The notes under the pieces are model-generated. The model did no database searches. It saw only the letters and a program-made list of their open reading frames with translations, and had not been told where the DNA came from. From Variovorax sp. (GTDB lineage Bacteria; Pseudomonadota; Gammaproteobacteria; Burkholderiales; Burkholderiaceae_C), in assembly GCF_035634955.1 (NCBI RefSeq), contig NZ_DASQBZ010000022.1, forward strand, positions 100,730 to 164,729: 64,000 nucleotides of DNA, written 5' to 3'. The position numbers were made by a program, and so were the translations under genes. Each line of letters starts with the position of its first letter. Positions within the stretch are counted from its first letter, which is position 1. This document shows positions 34,111 through 43,413 of this stretch, one piece after another.

Positions 34111-36848
34111 GCGAGATCAGCCGCACGGCCCTTTTCGGCAAGCTCAATCCACTGGCCTACAAGGCCATCGAGGGCGCAACCGTGTTCTGCAAGATGCGCG
34201 GCAATCCGTACGTCGAGCTGGAGCACTGGTTCGCGCAACTGCTGCAGCTTCCCGATTCCGACCTGAACCGCGTCATCGCGCACTACGGGCTCGACGTGTC
34301 GGTGCTGGCGCGCGACCTGACCGCCGCGCTGGACAGGCTGCCGCGCGGGGCCACCGCCATCAGCGACTTCTCGCCGCACATCGAGAACGCCGTCGAGCGC
34401 GGCTGGACCTATGCCACCTTGCAGTTCGGCGAAGCGCAGGTGCGCACCGGCTACCTGCTGGTGGGCATGCTCAGGACGCCCAGCCTGCGCAACCCGCTGC
34501 TGGCCATCTCCAGGCAGTTCGAGAAGGTCAAGGCCGAGGACCTGGCCGACCACTTCGCCAAGATCTGCGATGCCTCGCCCGAGTCGAGGATGCGGGCGCA
34601 GGACGGCACCGGCATGGGCTCGGGCGCGCCTGGAGAAGACGCCGGCGCGATGGCCCCGGCCGCCATGGGCAAGGGCGATGCGCTTAGAAAATTTGCTGTC
34701 GACCTCACGGAGAAGGCGAGGAAGGGAGAGATGGATCCGGTGACCGGGCGGGACGAGGAAATCCGCCAGATCGTCGACATCCTGATGCGGCGCCGCCAGA
34801 ACAACCCGCTGCTGACGGGCGAGGCGGGCGTCGGCAAGACGGCGGTGGTGGAAGGCTTCGCGCAGCGGCTCGCCCGCGGCGATGTGCCGCCGCAGCTCAA
34901 GGGCGTGAAGCTGCTCACGCTCGACATCGGCCTGCTGCAGGCCGGCGCCAGCATGAAGGGGGAGTTCGAGCAGCGGCTGCGCCAGGTCATCGACGAGGTA
35001 CAGGCCTCGGCGCAGCCCATCATTCTTTTCATCGACGAGATCCACACGCTGGTGGGCGCGGGCGGCGCCGCCGGCACCGGCGACGCGGCCAACCTGCTCA
35101 AGCCCGCACTGGCGCGCGGCAACCTGCGCACCGTCGGCGCCACCACCTGGGCCGAATACAAGAAGTACATCGAGAAGGACCCTGCGCTGACGCGTCGGTT
35201 CCAGGTGGTGCAGGTGCCCGAGCCGGACGAGCGCAAGGCCATCGGCATGTTGCGCGGCGTCGCCGGCATGCTCGAGAAGCACCACCGCGTGCAGCTGCTG
35301 GACGAGGCGATCGAGGCGGCGGTGAAGCTGAGCCATCGCTACATTCCGGCGCGGCAACTGCCGGACAAGGCGGTGAGCCTGCTCGACACCGCCTGCGCCC
35401 GGGTGGCCGTGAGCCAGCATGCCATGCCGCCGGAGGTGGAAGACTGCCAGCGCCGCATCGAGGCGCTGACGGTCGAGCGCGAGATCATCGGGCGCGAAGG
35501 CGCCATCGGCATCGACGTGGCCGCGCGTTCCGGCGAGGTCGAGGCGGCGCTGGCCCAGGCGCGCGCCGAGCTGGAAAGGCTCGACGCGCGGTGGAAGGAA
35601 GAAAAGGAACTGGTCGACCGCCTGCTGGCCCTGCGCGCCAGGCTGCGCGACGGCAACAAGCCGGTGGACGCGCCGCAGCCCGAGCCCGCCGCTTCCGCCG
35701 AGGGCGGCGCCGCCGCGCCGGGCGATGCCGCGTCCGTGGCCGACGCGCCGGAGCCGGACCGTGCCGCGCTGCTGGACGAGCTGCACGCGCTGCAGCAGCG
35801 CATCGGTGCGGTGCAGGGCGAGTCGCCGCTGATCCTGCCGTCGGTCGACGCGCAGGCCGTGTCCTCGGTGGTAGCCGACTGGACCGGCATTCCGGTCGGG
35901 CGCATGCAGCGCAACGAGATCGACACCGTGCTGAACCTGCCGCGGCTGCTGGCGCAGCGCGTGATCGGCCAGGACCACGCGATGGAGATGATCGCCAGGC
36001 GCATCCAGACCTCGCGCGCCGGCCTGGACAACCCGGGCAAGCCGATCGGCGTGTTCATGCTCGCCGGCACTTCCGGCGTGGGCAAGACCGAGACCGCGAT
36101 CGCGCTGGCCGAGGCGCTGTACGGCGGCGAGCAGAACATGATCGTCATCAACATGAGCGAGTACCAGGAGGCGCACACGGTCTCCTCGCTCAAGGGTGCG
36201 CCGCCGGGCTACGTCGGCTACGGCGAAGGCGGCGTGCTGACCGAGGCGGTGCGCCGCCGTCCGTACAGCGTGGTGCTGCTCGACGAGGTGGAGAAGGCCC
36301 ATCCGGACGTGCACGAGCTGTTCTTCCAGGTGTTCGACAAGGGCTTCATGGAAGACGGCGAGGGCCGCAGCATCGACTTCAAGAACACGCTGATCCTGCT
36401 GACCACCAATGCCGGCACCGACCTGATCGCCAGCATGTGCAGGGACCCGGAGCTGATGCCCGAGCCCGAGGGCATGGCCAAGGCGCTGCGCGAGCCGCTG
36501 TTGAAGATATTTCCGCCAGCGCTGCTGGGCCGGCTGGTGACCATTCCCTACTACCCGCTGTCGGACGACATGCTCGGCCGGATCGTGGTGCTGCAGCTCG
36601 AGCGCATCAGGAAGCGCGTGCAGGCGCGCTACCAGATCCCCCTCGACTACGGGGACGACGTCGTCAAGCTGGTGGTCAGCCGCTGCACCGAGAGCGAATC
36701 GGGCGGCCGCATGATCGACGCGATCCTGACCAACACGATGCTGCCGGACATCAGCCGCGAGTTCCTGGGCCGGATGATGGCCGGCACACCGATCGGCGGC
36801 GTGCGGGTGTCGGCCGAGAACGGCGCCTTCGCCTACCACTTCGCCTGA
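34107..36848 (+). CDS. tssH: T6SS AAA+ ATPase ClpV (TssH)
   Basis: 'MSEISRTALFGKLN', Walker A 'GEAGVGKT' and 'GTSGVGKT', Walker B 'FIDEIH' and 'LLDEVEKAH'. Confidence 0.97.
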   Translation: MSEISRTALFGKLNPLAYKAIEGATVFCKMRGNPYVELEHWFAQLLQLPDSDLNRVIAHYGLDVSVLARDLTAALDRLPRGATAISDFSPHIENAVERGWTYATLQFGEAQVRTGYLLVGMLRTPSLRNPLLAISRQFEKVKAEDLADHFAKICDASPESRMRAQDGTGMGSGAPGEDAGAMAPAAMGKGDALRKFAVDLTEKARKGEMDPVTGRDEEIRQIVDILMRRRQNNPLLTGEAGVGKTAVVEGFAQRLARGDVPPQLKGVKLLTLDIGLLQAGASMKGEFEQRLRQVIDEVQASAQPIILFIDEIHTLVGAGGAAGTGDAANLLKPALARGNLRTVGATTWAEYKKYIEKDPALTRRFQVVQVPEPDERKAIGMLRGVAGMLEKHHRVQLLDEAIEAAVKLSHRYIPARQLPDKAVSLLDTACARVAVSQHAMPPEVEDCQRRIEALTVEREIIGREGAIGIDVAARSGEVEAALAQARAELERLDARWKEEKELVDRLLALRARLRDGNKPVDAPQPEPAASAEGGAAAPGDAASVADAPEPDRAALLDELHALQQRIGAVQGESPLILPSVDAQAVSSVVADWTGIPVGRMQRNEIDTVLNLPRLLAQRVIGQDHAMEMIARRIQTSRAGLDNPGKPIGVFMLAGTSGVGKTETAIALAEALYGGEQNMIVINMSEYQEAHTVSSLKGAPPGYVGYGEGGVLTEAVRRRPYSVVLLDEVEKAHPDVHELFFQVFDKGFMEDGEGRSIDFKNTLILLTTNAGTDLIASMCRDPELMPEPEGMAKALREPLLKIFPPALLGRLVTIPYYPLSDDMLGRIVVLQLERIRKRVQARYQIPLDYGDDVVKLVVSRCTESESGGRMIDAILTNTMLPDISREFLGRMMAGTPIGGVRVSAENGAFAYHFA

Positions 36849-36866
36849 CCGCGCAGGAGCGTCGCC

Positions 36867-38246
36867 ATGGCTGCCGGATCCGAGTTCCACCCGCCCAACC
36901 TCGAGCCGTCTCCCGCGGCGCCGGTGCGCCTCGGGCTGCCCGAGGCCATGGGCCTGGCGCTCGGCCTGCACCAGGCCGGCCGGCTCGACGATGCGCAGGT
37001 CCTGTACCAGCGCGTGCTGGCGGCCGAGCCCGAGCATGCGGACGCGCTGCACTTCATGGGCGTGCTGACGCACCAGCGCGGCCGCAGCGACGAGGCGGCC
37101 ACGCTGATCCGCCGCTCCATCGCCCACCAGCCCGGCATCGCCGACTGGCACAACAACCTGGGCAACGTGCTGCTGGAGTCCGGCCGCGTCGACGAGGCGG
37201 GCGCGGCCTATGAAGAGGCGGCCCGCCTGGCGCCCGAACGCGCCGACGTGCACAACAACCTGGGCGTCCTGCGGCGCGAGCAGAAGCGCCCGGAGGAATC
37301 CGAGGCGGCCTACCGCCGCGCGATCGCGCTGGACCCGTCGTTCGTCGACGCCCACACCAACCTGGGCAACCTGCTGCACAGCCTGCACCGCAACGAGGCG
37401 GCGCTGATCAGCTATTGCGAGGCGCTGGCCCTGCGGCCGCAGAACGTGCGCGCGCGGCAGGCGCTGGGCATGGCGTACTACACGCTGGGCCGCTTCGAGG
37501 AAGCCACCCGCGTCTACGCCGACTGGCTGCGCGACGAGCCCGAAAGCCCGCAGGCGCGGCATCACCTGGCGGCATGCTCCGGCCGCGACGTGCCTGCGCG
37601 GGCCGCCGACGACTACGTGGCCGAAGTGTTCGACGGCTTTGCCGGCAGCTTCGACGCCAAGCTGGCGCACCTGCACTACCGCGCGCCGCAACTGCTGGAG
37701 CAGGAGGTGCGCCGGCGCCTGGGCCCGCCGCGCGCGGCCCTGGCGGTGCTCGACGCCGGCTGCGGCACCGGGTTGTGCGGCCCGCTCCTGCGGCCGTGGG
37801 CGCGCCGGCTGCAAGGGGTCGACCTGTCGGCCGGGATGCTTGCCAGGGCCGAGCCGCGCGGCGTGTACGACGGCCTGGAAAAGGCCGAGCTGACCGCCTG
37901 GATCGCCGCCGCCACCGCCGGCAGCTACGACCTGATCGTCTCGGCCGACACGCTGTGCTACTTCGGCGACCTGGCCGAGGTCTGCCGCGCCTGCGCCTCG
38001 GCCCTGACGCCCGGCGGCTGGCTGATGTTCACCGTCGAGGCGCTCGACGACGATGCCGCCGAGCCGGTGCGGCTCAATCCGCACGGGCGCTACGGCCACC
38101 GTGCCGACTACCTGCGCCAGGTGCTGGCGGGCGCCGGCCTGGGCGCAACCGAAGTGCAGGCGGCGCACCTGCGCACCGAGGGCGGACGGCCGGTGGCCGG
38201 CTGGCTGGTGTCGGCCTGCAAAGCCGGCGAGGCTGGATCGTCTTGA
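36867..38246 (+). CDS. TPR-repeat protein with C-terminal class I SAM-dependent methyltransferase
   Basis: TPRs ('WHNNLGNVL', 'HNNLGVL', 'HTNLGNLL'), 'YVAEVFDGFAGSFD', SAM motif 'VLDAGCGTGLCG'. Confidence 0.88.
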   Translation: MAAGSEFHPPNLEPSPAAPVRLGLPEAMGLALGLHQAGRLDDAQVLYQRVLAAEPEHADALHFMGVLTHQRGRSDEAATLIRRSIAHQPGIADWHNNLGNVLLESGRVDEAGAAYEEAARLAPERADVHNNLGVLRREQKRPEESEAAYRRAIALDPSFVDAHTNLGNLLHSLHRNEAALISYCEALALRPQNVRARQALGMAYYTLGRFEEATRVYADWLRDEPESPQARHHLAACSGRDVPARAADDYVAEVFDGFAGSFDAKLAHLHYRAPQLLEQEVRRRLGPPRAALAVLDAGCGTGLCGPLLRPWARRLQGVDLSAGMLARAEPRGVYDGLEKAELTAWIAAATAGSYDLIVSADTLCYFGDLAEVCRACASALTPGGWLMFTVEALDDDAAEPVRLNPHGRYGHRADYLRQVLAGAGLGATEVQAAHLRTEGGRPVAGWLVSACKAGEAGSS

Positions 38247-38291
38247 GCATGGATTCCAACTGACGCCGACGGGCAGGAGCAAGGCAGACGC

Positions 38292-40694
38292 ATGGCCGAC
38301 AAGCACTTCAGCATCCAGGGCGATTCGCCGGTCGTTGGCGACCTGATGTTCTGGTGCATCGTCGGCCAGGAGTCGTTGTCGCGGCCGGCGCACTACGAGC
38401 TGACCGTGCTGTCCGAGCGCGACGACATCGAGGCCAGGGACGTACTGGGCCACGCCTTCGACGTGGTGATCGGCTTCGCGGATGCCGACGACGCCCGGCA
38501 CGAGCGCCATTGCCAGGGCCACGCCGTGCGTTTCATGCGGCGCGGGCCCGCGGGGCGCTACTTCGAGTACCGCCTGACCCTGCGCAGCTGGTTCTGGCTG
38601 CTCGACAAGCGCATCAACTCGCGCATCCTGCAGGACAAGGCGGCAATGGACATCCTCGACGCGGTGGTGGACGGCAGCCCGGTCAAGCGCTTCAAGAAGG
38701 TCAAGGCCAGCCTGATCGGCAAGCATGAGCCGCGCCGCTACAGCGTTCAGCACCAGGAGAGCGACTACCGCTACCTGTCGCGCCTGCTGGAGGACGAGGG
38801 CATCTACTACTGGTTCGACGCGCACGACGCGCCGGGCACCATGAAGGTGGCCGACGACAGCGCGGTGGCGCACGAGAAGCTGCCCGTCGCCGACACGCTG
38901 GACTACATCCCGTTCGGCAGCACGGAGGCGCGCTTCGCCGAGATCTCGCGCTGGGTGGACTCGCACCGGCTGCATTCGGGCAGGTTCGCCTCGCGCGACA
39001 GCGACTTCAAGGCCATCAGGAAGACGCTCGACGGCGACAAGGACGACCCCGATTCGCACGAGCTGGCCGACCTGGAGGTGTTCGAATATCCCGGCGGCTA
39101 CTTTCGCAACGACGACACGGCGGACGCGGCGAAGGTCCGCATGGAGGAGCTGGCCGCGCGCCGCCACCTGAGCTGGGCCCTGACGCCCTGGCCGGACGTG
39201 GCGGTGGGCGGCACCTTCACCTTCCACGGCCACCCCATGGGCGACAAGGACGCCGACTTCCTGGTCGCCGGCTGCAGCTTCGTGCTGGTGCACGAGGGCT
39301 ACGAGGGCATGGGCGAGCACGACACGAACGTGCAGCGCCAGGGCCGGGTGCTGCTGGAGATGATGAAGGAAGACCCGCTCAACGCGGACTGGCAGGGGCA
39401 GCTGCGCGACATCGTCTACGGCACGCCCGACCTGGTCGCGCCGATGCGCGGCGTCGGCACCTTCCTGGTCACCGTGCTGCCGGCGCAGGCGCCCTTCCGG
39501 CCGCCGCGGGTGACGCCGCGCACAACCATGCCGGGGCCGCAGAGCGCGATCGTGGTCGGGCCGGCCGGCGAGGAGATCCATGCCGACGACTTCGGCCGCG
39601 TCAAGGTGCACTTCCACTGGGACCGCTACGACGAGCGCAACGAGAAGTCCACCTGCTGGGTGCGCGTGTCGCAGCCCTGGGCCGGCAAGGGCTGGGGCGG
39701 CTACTTCATCCCGCGCATCGGGCAGGAGGTGATCGTCGACTTTCTCAACGGCGACCCGGACCGGCCGGTCATCGTCGGGCGCGTCTACAACGACGACCAG
39801 CCCAAGCCGTTCGACAGCCACACGCAAAGCGGCTTTCGCACCCGCTCGACGCCCGGCGGCAGCGCGGCCAACTGCAACGAGTTGCGCTTCGACGACAAGA
39901 AGGGCAGCGAGCAGGTCTACCTGCACGCCGAGAAGAACCAGGACATCTCGGTGGAGAACGACGAGACGCACACAGTGGGGCACGACCGCGCCAAGACCAT
40001 CGACAACGACGAGACCACGCTCGTCAAGCACGACCGCACCGAGACGGTGGGCAACAACGAGACCATCACCGTGGGCGTGGACCGCACCGAAAGCGTGGGC
40101 AGCAACGAGACCATCTCCATCGGCGCGAACCGCACCGAGAGCGTGGGCAGCAACGAGACCATTTCCATCGGCGCCAACCGCAGCGAGAACGTGGCGGCCA
40201 ACGAGACCATCGGCATCGGCGCCAACCGCAGCATCACCGTGGGCGCCAGCGAGACGGCGACGGTGGCGCTGCAGCGCACCCACACGGTGGGCGTGAACGA
40301 GACCATCACGGTGGGCGCGGCGCAGGAGGTGACGGTGGGCGCCATGCAGGCCATCACCGTCGGCGCGAACCAGACCACCAGCGTGGGGATCAACCGCTCC
40401 GTGTCGGTCGGCTCGAACCTGTCGACCGACGTGGGCAGCGACGAGTCGCGCAGCGTCGGCGGCGGGCGCACCACGAGTGTCGGCAAGGACGACGAACTCA
40501 CGGTGGCGAAGAACCTGAAGATCAGCGCCGGCGACTCGATCTCCATCGTCACCGGCAGCGCCAGCATCACGATGAAGAAGGACGGGACCATCGTGATCAA
40601 GGGCAAGGACATCACGATCGACGGCTCCGGGAAGATCAACGCGAAGGCCGGCGGCGACATCGTGATGAAGGGATCGAAGATCCTGCAGAACTGA
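38292..40694 (+). CDS. vgrG: T6SS spike VgrG with long gp5-like C-terminal repeats
   Basis: 'QHQESDYRYLSRLLEDEGIYYWF', 'GPQSAIVVG..GRVKVHFHWDR', 'PRIGQEVIVDFLNGDPDRP', 'NELRFDDKKGSEQ', and 8/16-residue repeats. Confidence 0.96.
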   Translation: MADKHFSIQGDSPVVGDLMFWCIVGQESLSRPAHYELTVLSERDDIEARDVLGHAFDVVIGFADADDARHERHCQGHAVRFMRRGPAGRYFEYRLTLRSWFWLLDKRINSRILQDKAAMDILDAVVDGSPVKRFKKVKASLIGKHEPRRYSVQHQESDYRYLSRLLEDEGIYYWFDAHDAPGTMKVADDSAVAHEKLPVADTLDYIPFGSTEARFAEISRWVDSHRLHSGRFASRDSDFKAIRKTLDGDKDDPDSHELADLEVFEYPGGYFRNDDTADAAKVRMEELAARRHLSWALTPWPDVAVGGTFTFHGHPMGDKDADFLVAGCSFVLVHEGYEGMGEHDTNVQRQGRVLLEMMKEDPLNADWQGQLRDIVYGTPDLVAPMRGVGTFLVTVLPAQAPFRPPRVTPRTTMPGPQSAIVVGPAGEEIHADDFGRVKVHFHWDRYDERNEKSTCWVRVSQPWAGKGWGGYFIPRIGQEVIVDFLNGDPDRPVIVGRVYNDDQPKPFDSHTQSGFRTRSTPGGSAANCNELRFDDKKGSEQVYLHAEKNQDISVENDETHTVGHDRAKTIDNDETTLVKHDRTETVGNNETITVGVDRTESVGSNETISIGANRTESVGSNETISIGANRSENVAANETIGIGANRSITVGASETATVALQRTHTVGVNETITVGAAQEVTVGAMQAITVGANQTTSVGINRSVSVGSNLSTDVGSDESRSVGGGRTTSVGKDDELTVAKNLKISAGDSISIVTGSASITMKKDGTIVIKGKDITIDGSGKINAKAGGDIVMKGSKILQN
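40081..40176 (+). repeat. 48-bp tandem duplication inside the vgrG needle repeats
   Basis: 40081-40128 and 40129-40176 match at 45 of 48 bases; the differences are synonymous. Confidence 0.9.
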
Positions 40695-40710
40695 AGCGAA
40701 AGGGCGAGCG

Positions 40711-41193
40711 ATGAGTGGCAGAGACGCGTGTTTCGAACAGGGACTTGCGCACACGCCGGCGCCGATGCCGGCCCCGATGTGCATCGGCCGCCTGCTGGCG
40801 ATCGGCGACGAGGGGCGCACGCCGCTCGTGGTCTTCGAGGGACAGGCCGGCAGCGCCGCGCTGCCGGCGCGCAGCACCGTCGACCTGCGCGCCGAGCACG
40901 TCGGCGCGCAGGTGCTGCTGGCCTTCGCCGGCGAAGGCCGGTGCCCGGTGGTGACCGGCGTGCTGCGCGACAGCTTGCCGGCCTGGCCGGCGGCCGAGTT
41001 GCCGCCGGCGGTGAGCGTGGATGCGGACGGCCAGCGCCTGCTGGTCAGCGCCGGCGAGCAGCTGGTGCTGCGCTGCGGCAAGGCCAGCATCACGCTCACC
41101 CGCGCCGGCAAGGTGCTGATACAGGGCAGCTACGTGCTCAGCCGCTCGAGCGGGACGCACCGCATCAAGGGCGGCTCGGTCCAGATCAACTGA
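40711..41193 (+). CDS. DUF6484-like protein
   Basis: C-terminal 'LVLRCGKASITLTRAGKVLIQGSYVLSRSSGTHRIKGGSVQIN'. Position immediately after vgrG. Confidence 0.75.
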   Translation: MSGRDACFEQGLAHTPAPMPAPMCIGRLLAIGDEGRTPLVVFEGQAGSAALPARSTVDLRAEHVGAQVLLAFAGEGRCPVVTGVLRDSLPAWPAAELPPAVSVDADGQRLLVSAGEQLVLRCGKASITLTRAGKVLIQGSYVLSRSSGTHRIKGGSVQIN

Positions 41194-41223
41194 GCAGGCC
41201 GCCGGCGCAGGACCCGCATCGAC

Positions 41224-42360
41224 ATGGAAATCGTCAACGCAAGCGGCCACACCGTGGGCTACACGCAGGGCGTGGAGCCCAGCGGGCGCGAGTGGCTGGT
41301 GGTCGTGGCCAAGGGCACTTTCAGCCTGCCGGCGCCGGACGATCCGGCGGGTGCGCTCGCGCCGCGCCATCCGATGCAGGTGCCGCTGGTGACCGCCGAT
41401 ACCTTCACCGGCGAGCCCGGCTTCTCGGCGCCCCGGCTGGAGGTCGACTTCGCGCTGCGCAAGCCGCGCTGCGACATCCTGCTCAACGGCAGCGCCCATG
41501 CGCCCGATGGCGAGCCGGTCGAGCGGGTGCTGGTCGGCGCGCGCGTGACGGCCGGGGCGCAGTCTTGGCAGAAGTCCATGGCGGTCGTCGGGCCGCGGCA
41601 CTGGTCCAGCGGCCTGGGCGGCATACGCGCGAGTCCGCCGCAGTCCTTCGTGCGTCAGCCGATCTCCTACGACGTGGCCTTCGGCGGCCTGGACCAGCGC
41701 CATGAAGACCCGGCCGAGCATGCCGCGTACCGGCGCAATCCCGTCGGGCGCGGCTGGCACCGGCACCTGCAGGGGCGCTACGTGGACGGCGCGCCGCTGC
41801 CCCTGACCGAGCAGGTGGACGCGCCGGTGAGCGCGCCGGACGGCGACCACGTGCCGATGGCCTATGGCCCCGTCGGGCGCGGATGGTCGTCGCGCCTGCC
41901 CTACGCGGGCACGTACGACCAGGACTGGATCGACAACACGTTCCCTTTCCTGCCGGCCGACTTCCAGGACGCCTACTACCAGGCGGCGCCGATGGACCAG
42001 CAGATCGCGCACCCCATCGACGCGGCATCGCTCGAGGTCACGCTGGTACACCTGACCGGGCAGCCGCACGTGCGCTTCCGGCTGCCGTGCCAGGGGCTGC
42101 CGGTGTCGTTCTTCCGCCGCCGCGGCGGTCACGAGCAGGTGACGGCGGTGATGGACACGCTGGTCATCGATACCGATGCGCACTGGGCCACCGTCACCTG
42201 GCGTGCCGCGCTGCCCCTGCGCAAGAGCATGCTGGAGATCAGCAACGTGCTGGTGGGCACCATGTCCCAGGGCTGGTGGCGCGCCCGCGCGCTGGGCAAG
42301 ACCTGGCATCCGTCGCTGGGCGCGCTGGTGCGCAATCGCGGCGCGGAGGATGCGGCATGA
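41224..42360 (+). CDS. DUF2169 T6SS adaptor/chaperone
   Basis: 'WLVVVAKGTF', 'DFALRKPRCDILLNGSAHAP', 'YAGTYDQDW..PFLPADF..YYQAAP', 'MDTLVID'. Confidence 0.9.
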   Translation: MEIVNASGHTVGYTQGVEPSGREWLVVVAKGTFSLPAPDDPAGALAPRHPMQVPLVTADTFTGEPGFSAPRLEVDFALRKPRCDILLNGSAHAPDGEPVERVLVGARVTAGAQSWQKSMAVVGPRHWSSGLGGIRASPPQSFVRQPISYDVAFGGLDQRHEDPAEHAAYRRNPVGRGWHRHLQGRYVDGAPLPLTEQVDAPVSAPDGDHVPMAYGPVGRGWSSRLPYAGTYDQDWIDNTFPFLPADFQDAYYQAAPMDQQIAHPIDAASLEVTLVHLTGQPHVRFRLPCQGLPVSFFRRRGGHEQVTAVMDTLVIDTDAHWATVTWRAALPLRKSMLEISNVLVGTMSQGWWRARALGKTWHPSLGALVRNRGAEDAA

Positions 42361-43412
42361 ATGCGCTGGCCGTGCAGCGTGTCGGCCTGGTCACGGGCGT
42401 GGGCCTCGACGCCGCGTCCACCTGCGCAGCCATTCGCGGGGCGATCGACAATTTCCAGGAGACGCGCTTTCGCGACCACGGCGGCGAATGGCTCATGGGC
42501 TGCGAGGTGCCGTGGCCGGGCAAGCCGCTGCGTGGCGAGCAGCGACTGCTGGCCATGGCCGCACGCGCGGCGCGCGAATGCCTGGACGGCTGGCAATGCG
42601 CCGATTGCGCCGCCGTGCCGCTCCTGCTGTGCCTGGCCGAAGGCGGGCGCCCGGGGCGCGCGGTGCGCGACGACGGCGCCTTCCTGCTGGCGCTCGAGCA
42701 GGCGCTCGGGTGCCGCTTTCATCCCAGCTCGTCGATCATCGCCGGCGGGCGGGTGTCGGCCGCCGTGGCGCTGCTGCACGCGCGCCGCTGGCTGGCCGAA
42801 GGCGTGGCCGAGCGGGTGCTGGTGGTGGCGGTGGATTCGCTGCTGGCGGCCGCCACGCTGGCCGACGCCGAGGCGCGCGACCGGCTCCTGTCGAGCGAGA
42901 ACTCCGACGGGTTCATCGCCGGCGAGGCGGCCGCGGCGCTGCTGCTGGCGCCGCTCGACGCCGACGCCGACGCCGACGCCGGCCAGCTGGCCTGCCACGG
43001 GCTGGGCTTCGCGGTCGAGCCGGCGCACATCGACTCGGGCCAGCCGCTGCGGGCCGACGGCCTGACCCGCGCCATCAAGGACGCGCTGCAAGACGCGGGC
43101 TGGGGCGAAAGCGTGTTGCAGTTCAAGATCGTCGATGCCTCGGGTGGGCAGTACCCCTTCAAGGAGTCGGCGCTGGCGTTCTCGCGCATCGACCGGACCA
43201 AGCGCACCGAGTTCGACATCTGGCATCCGGCCGACTGCATCGGCGAGGTGGGCGCGCCGATCGGGCTGGTGATGCTGGCCGTGCTCAAGGCCGCATGCGA
43301 GAAGGCCTATTCGCGCGGCCAGCGGATGCTGGCCCACCTGGGCAACGACGACGGTCGGCGCGCCGCGATGGTGCTGGCCTGGCACCCGGCGCGCGCCGGG
43401 CAGGGCGGTTGA
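42357..43412 (+). CDS. Thiolase/ketoacyl-synthase-like T6SS accessory protein (PRK06147-like)
   Basis: ATGA overlap with DUF2169. 'GLVTGVGLDAASTCAAIR', 'GFIAGEAAAALL', 'HPADCIGEVGA'. Typical DUF2169-thiolase-DUF4150 context. Confidence 0.8.
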   Translation: MNALAVQRVGLVTGVGLDAASTCAAIRGAIDNFQETRFRDHGGEWLMGCEVPWPGKPLRGEQRLLAMAARAARECLDGWQCADCAAVPLLLCLAEGGRPGRAVRDDGAFLLALEQALGCRFHPSSSIIAGGRVSAAVALLHARRWLAEGVAERVLVVAVDSLLAAATLADAEARDRLLSSENSDGFIAGEAAAALLLAPLDADADADAGQLACHGLGFAVEPAHIDSGQPLRADGLTRAIKDALQDAGWGESVLQFKIVDASGGQYPFKESALAFSRIDRTKRTEFDIWHPADCIGEVGAPIGLVMLAVLKAACEKAYSRGQRMLAHLGNDDGRRAAMVLAWHPARAGQGG

Positions 43413-43413
43413 G

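Noticed and set aside
34686-34694. A-rich run in clpV as a -1 frameshift site
   Set aside because: AGA AAA TTT does not fit X XXY YYZ, and the clpV frame is intact.
39960-40500. Regularly spaced repeats resembling a CRISPR array
   Set aside because: They are in-frame protein repeats of the VgrG beta-helix, with no unique spacers and no cas genes.
34044-41111. 2355-aa antisense ORF across clpV-vgrG, and similar ones (20852-25108, 25749-29084, 7183-10614)
   Set aside because: Antisense mirrors of well-supported genes with no independent domain signal.
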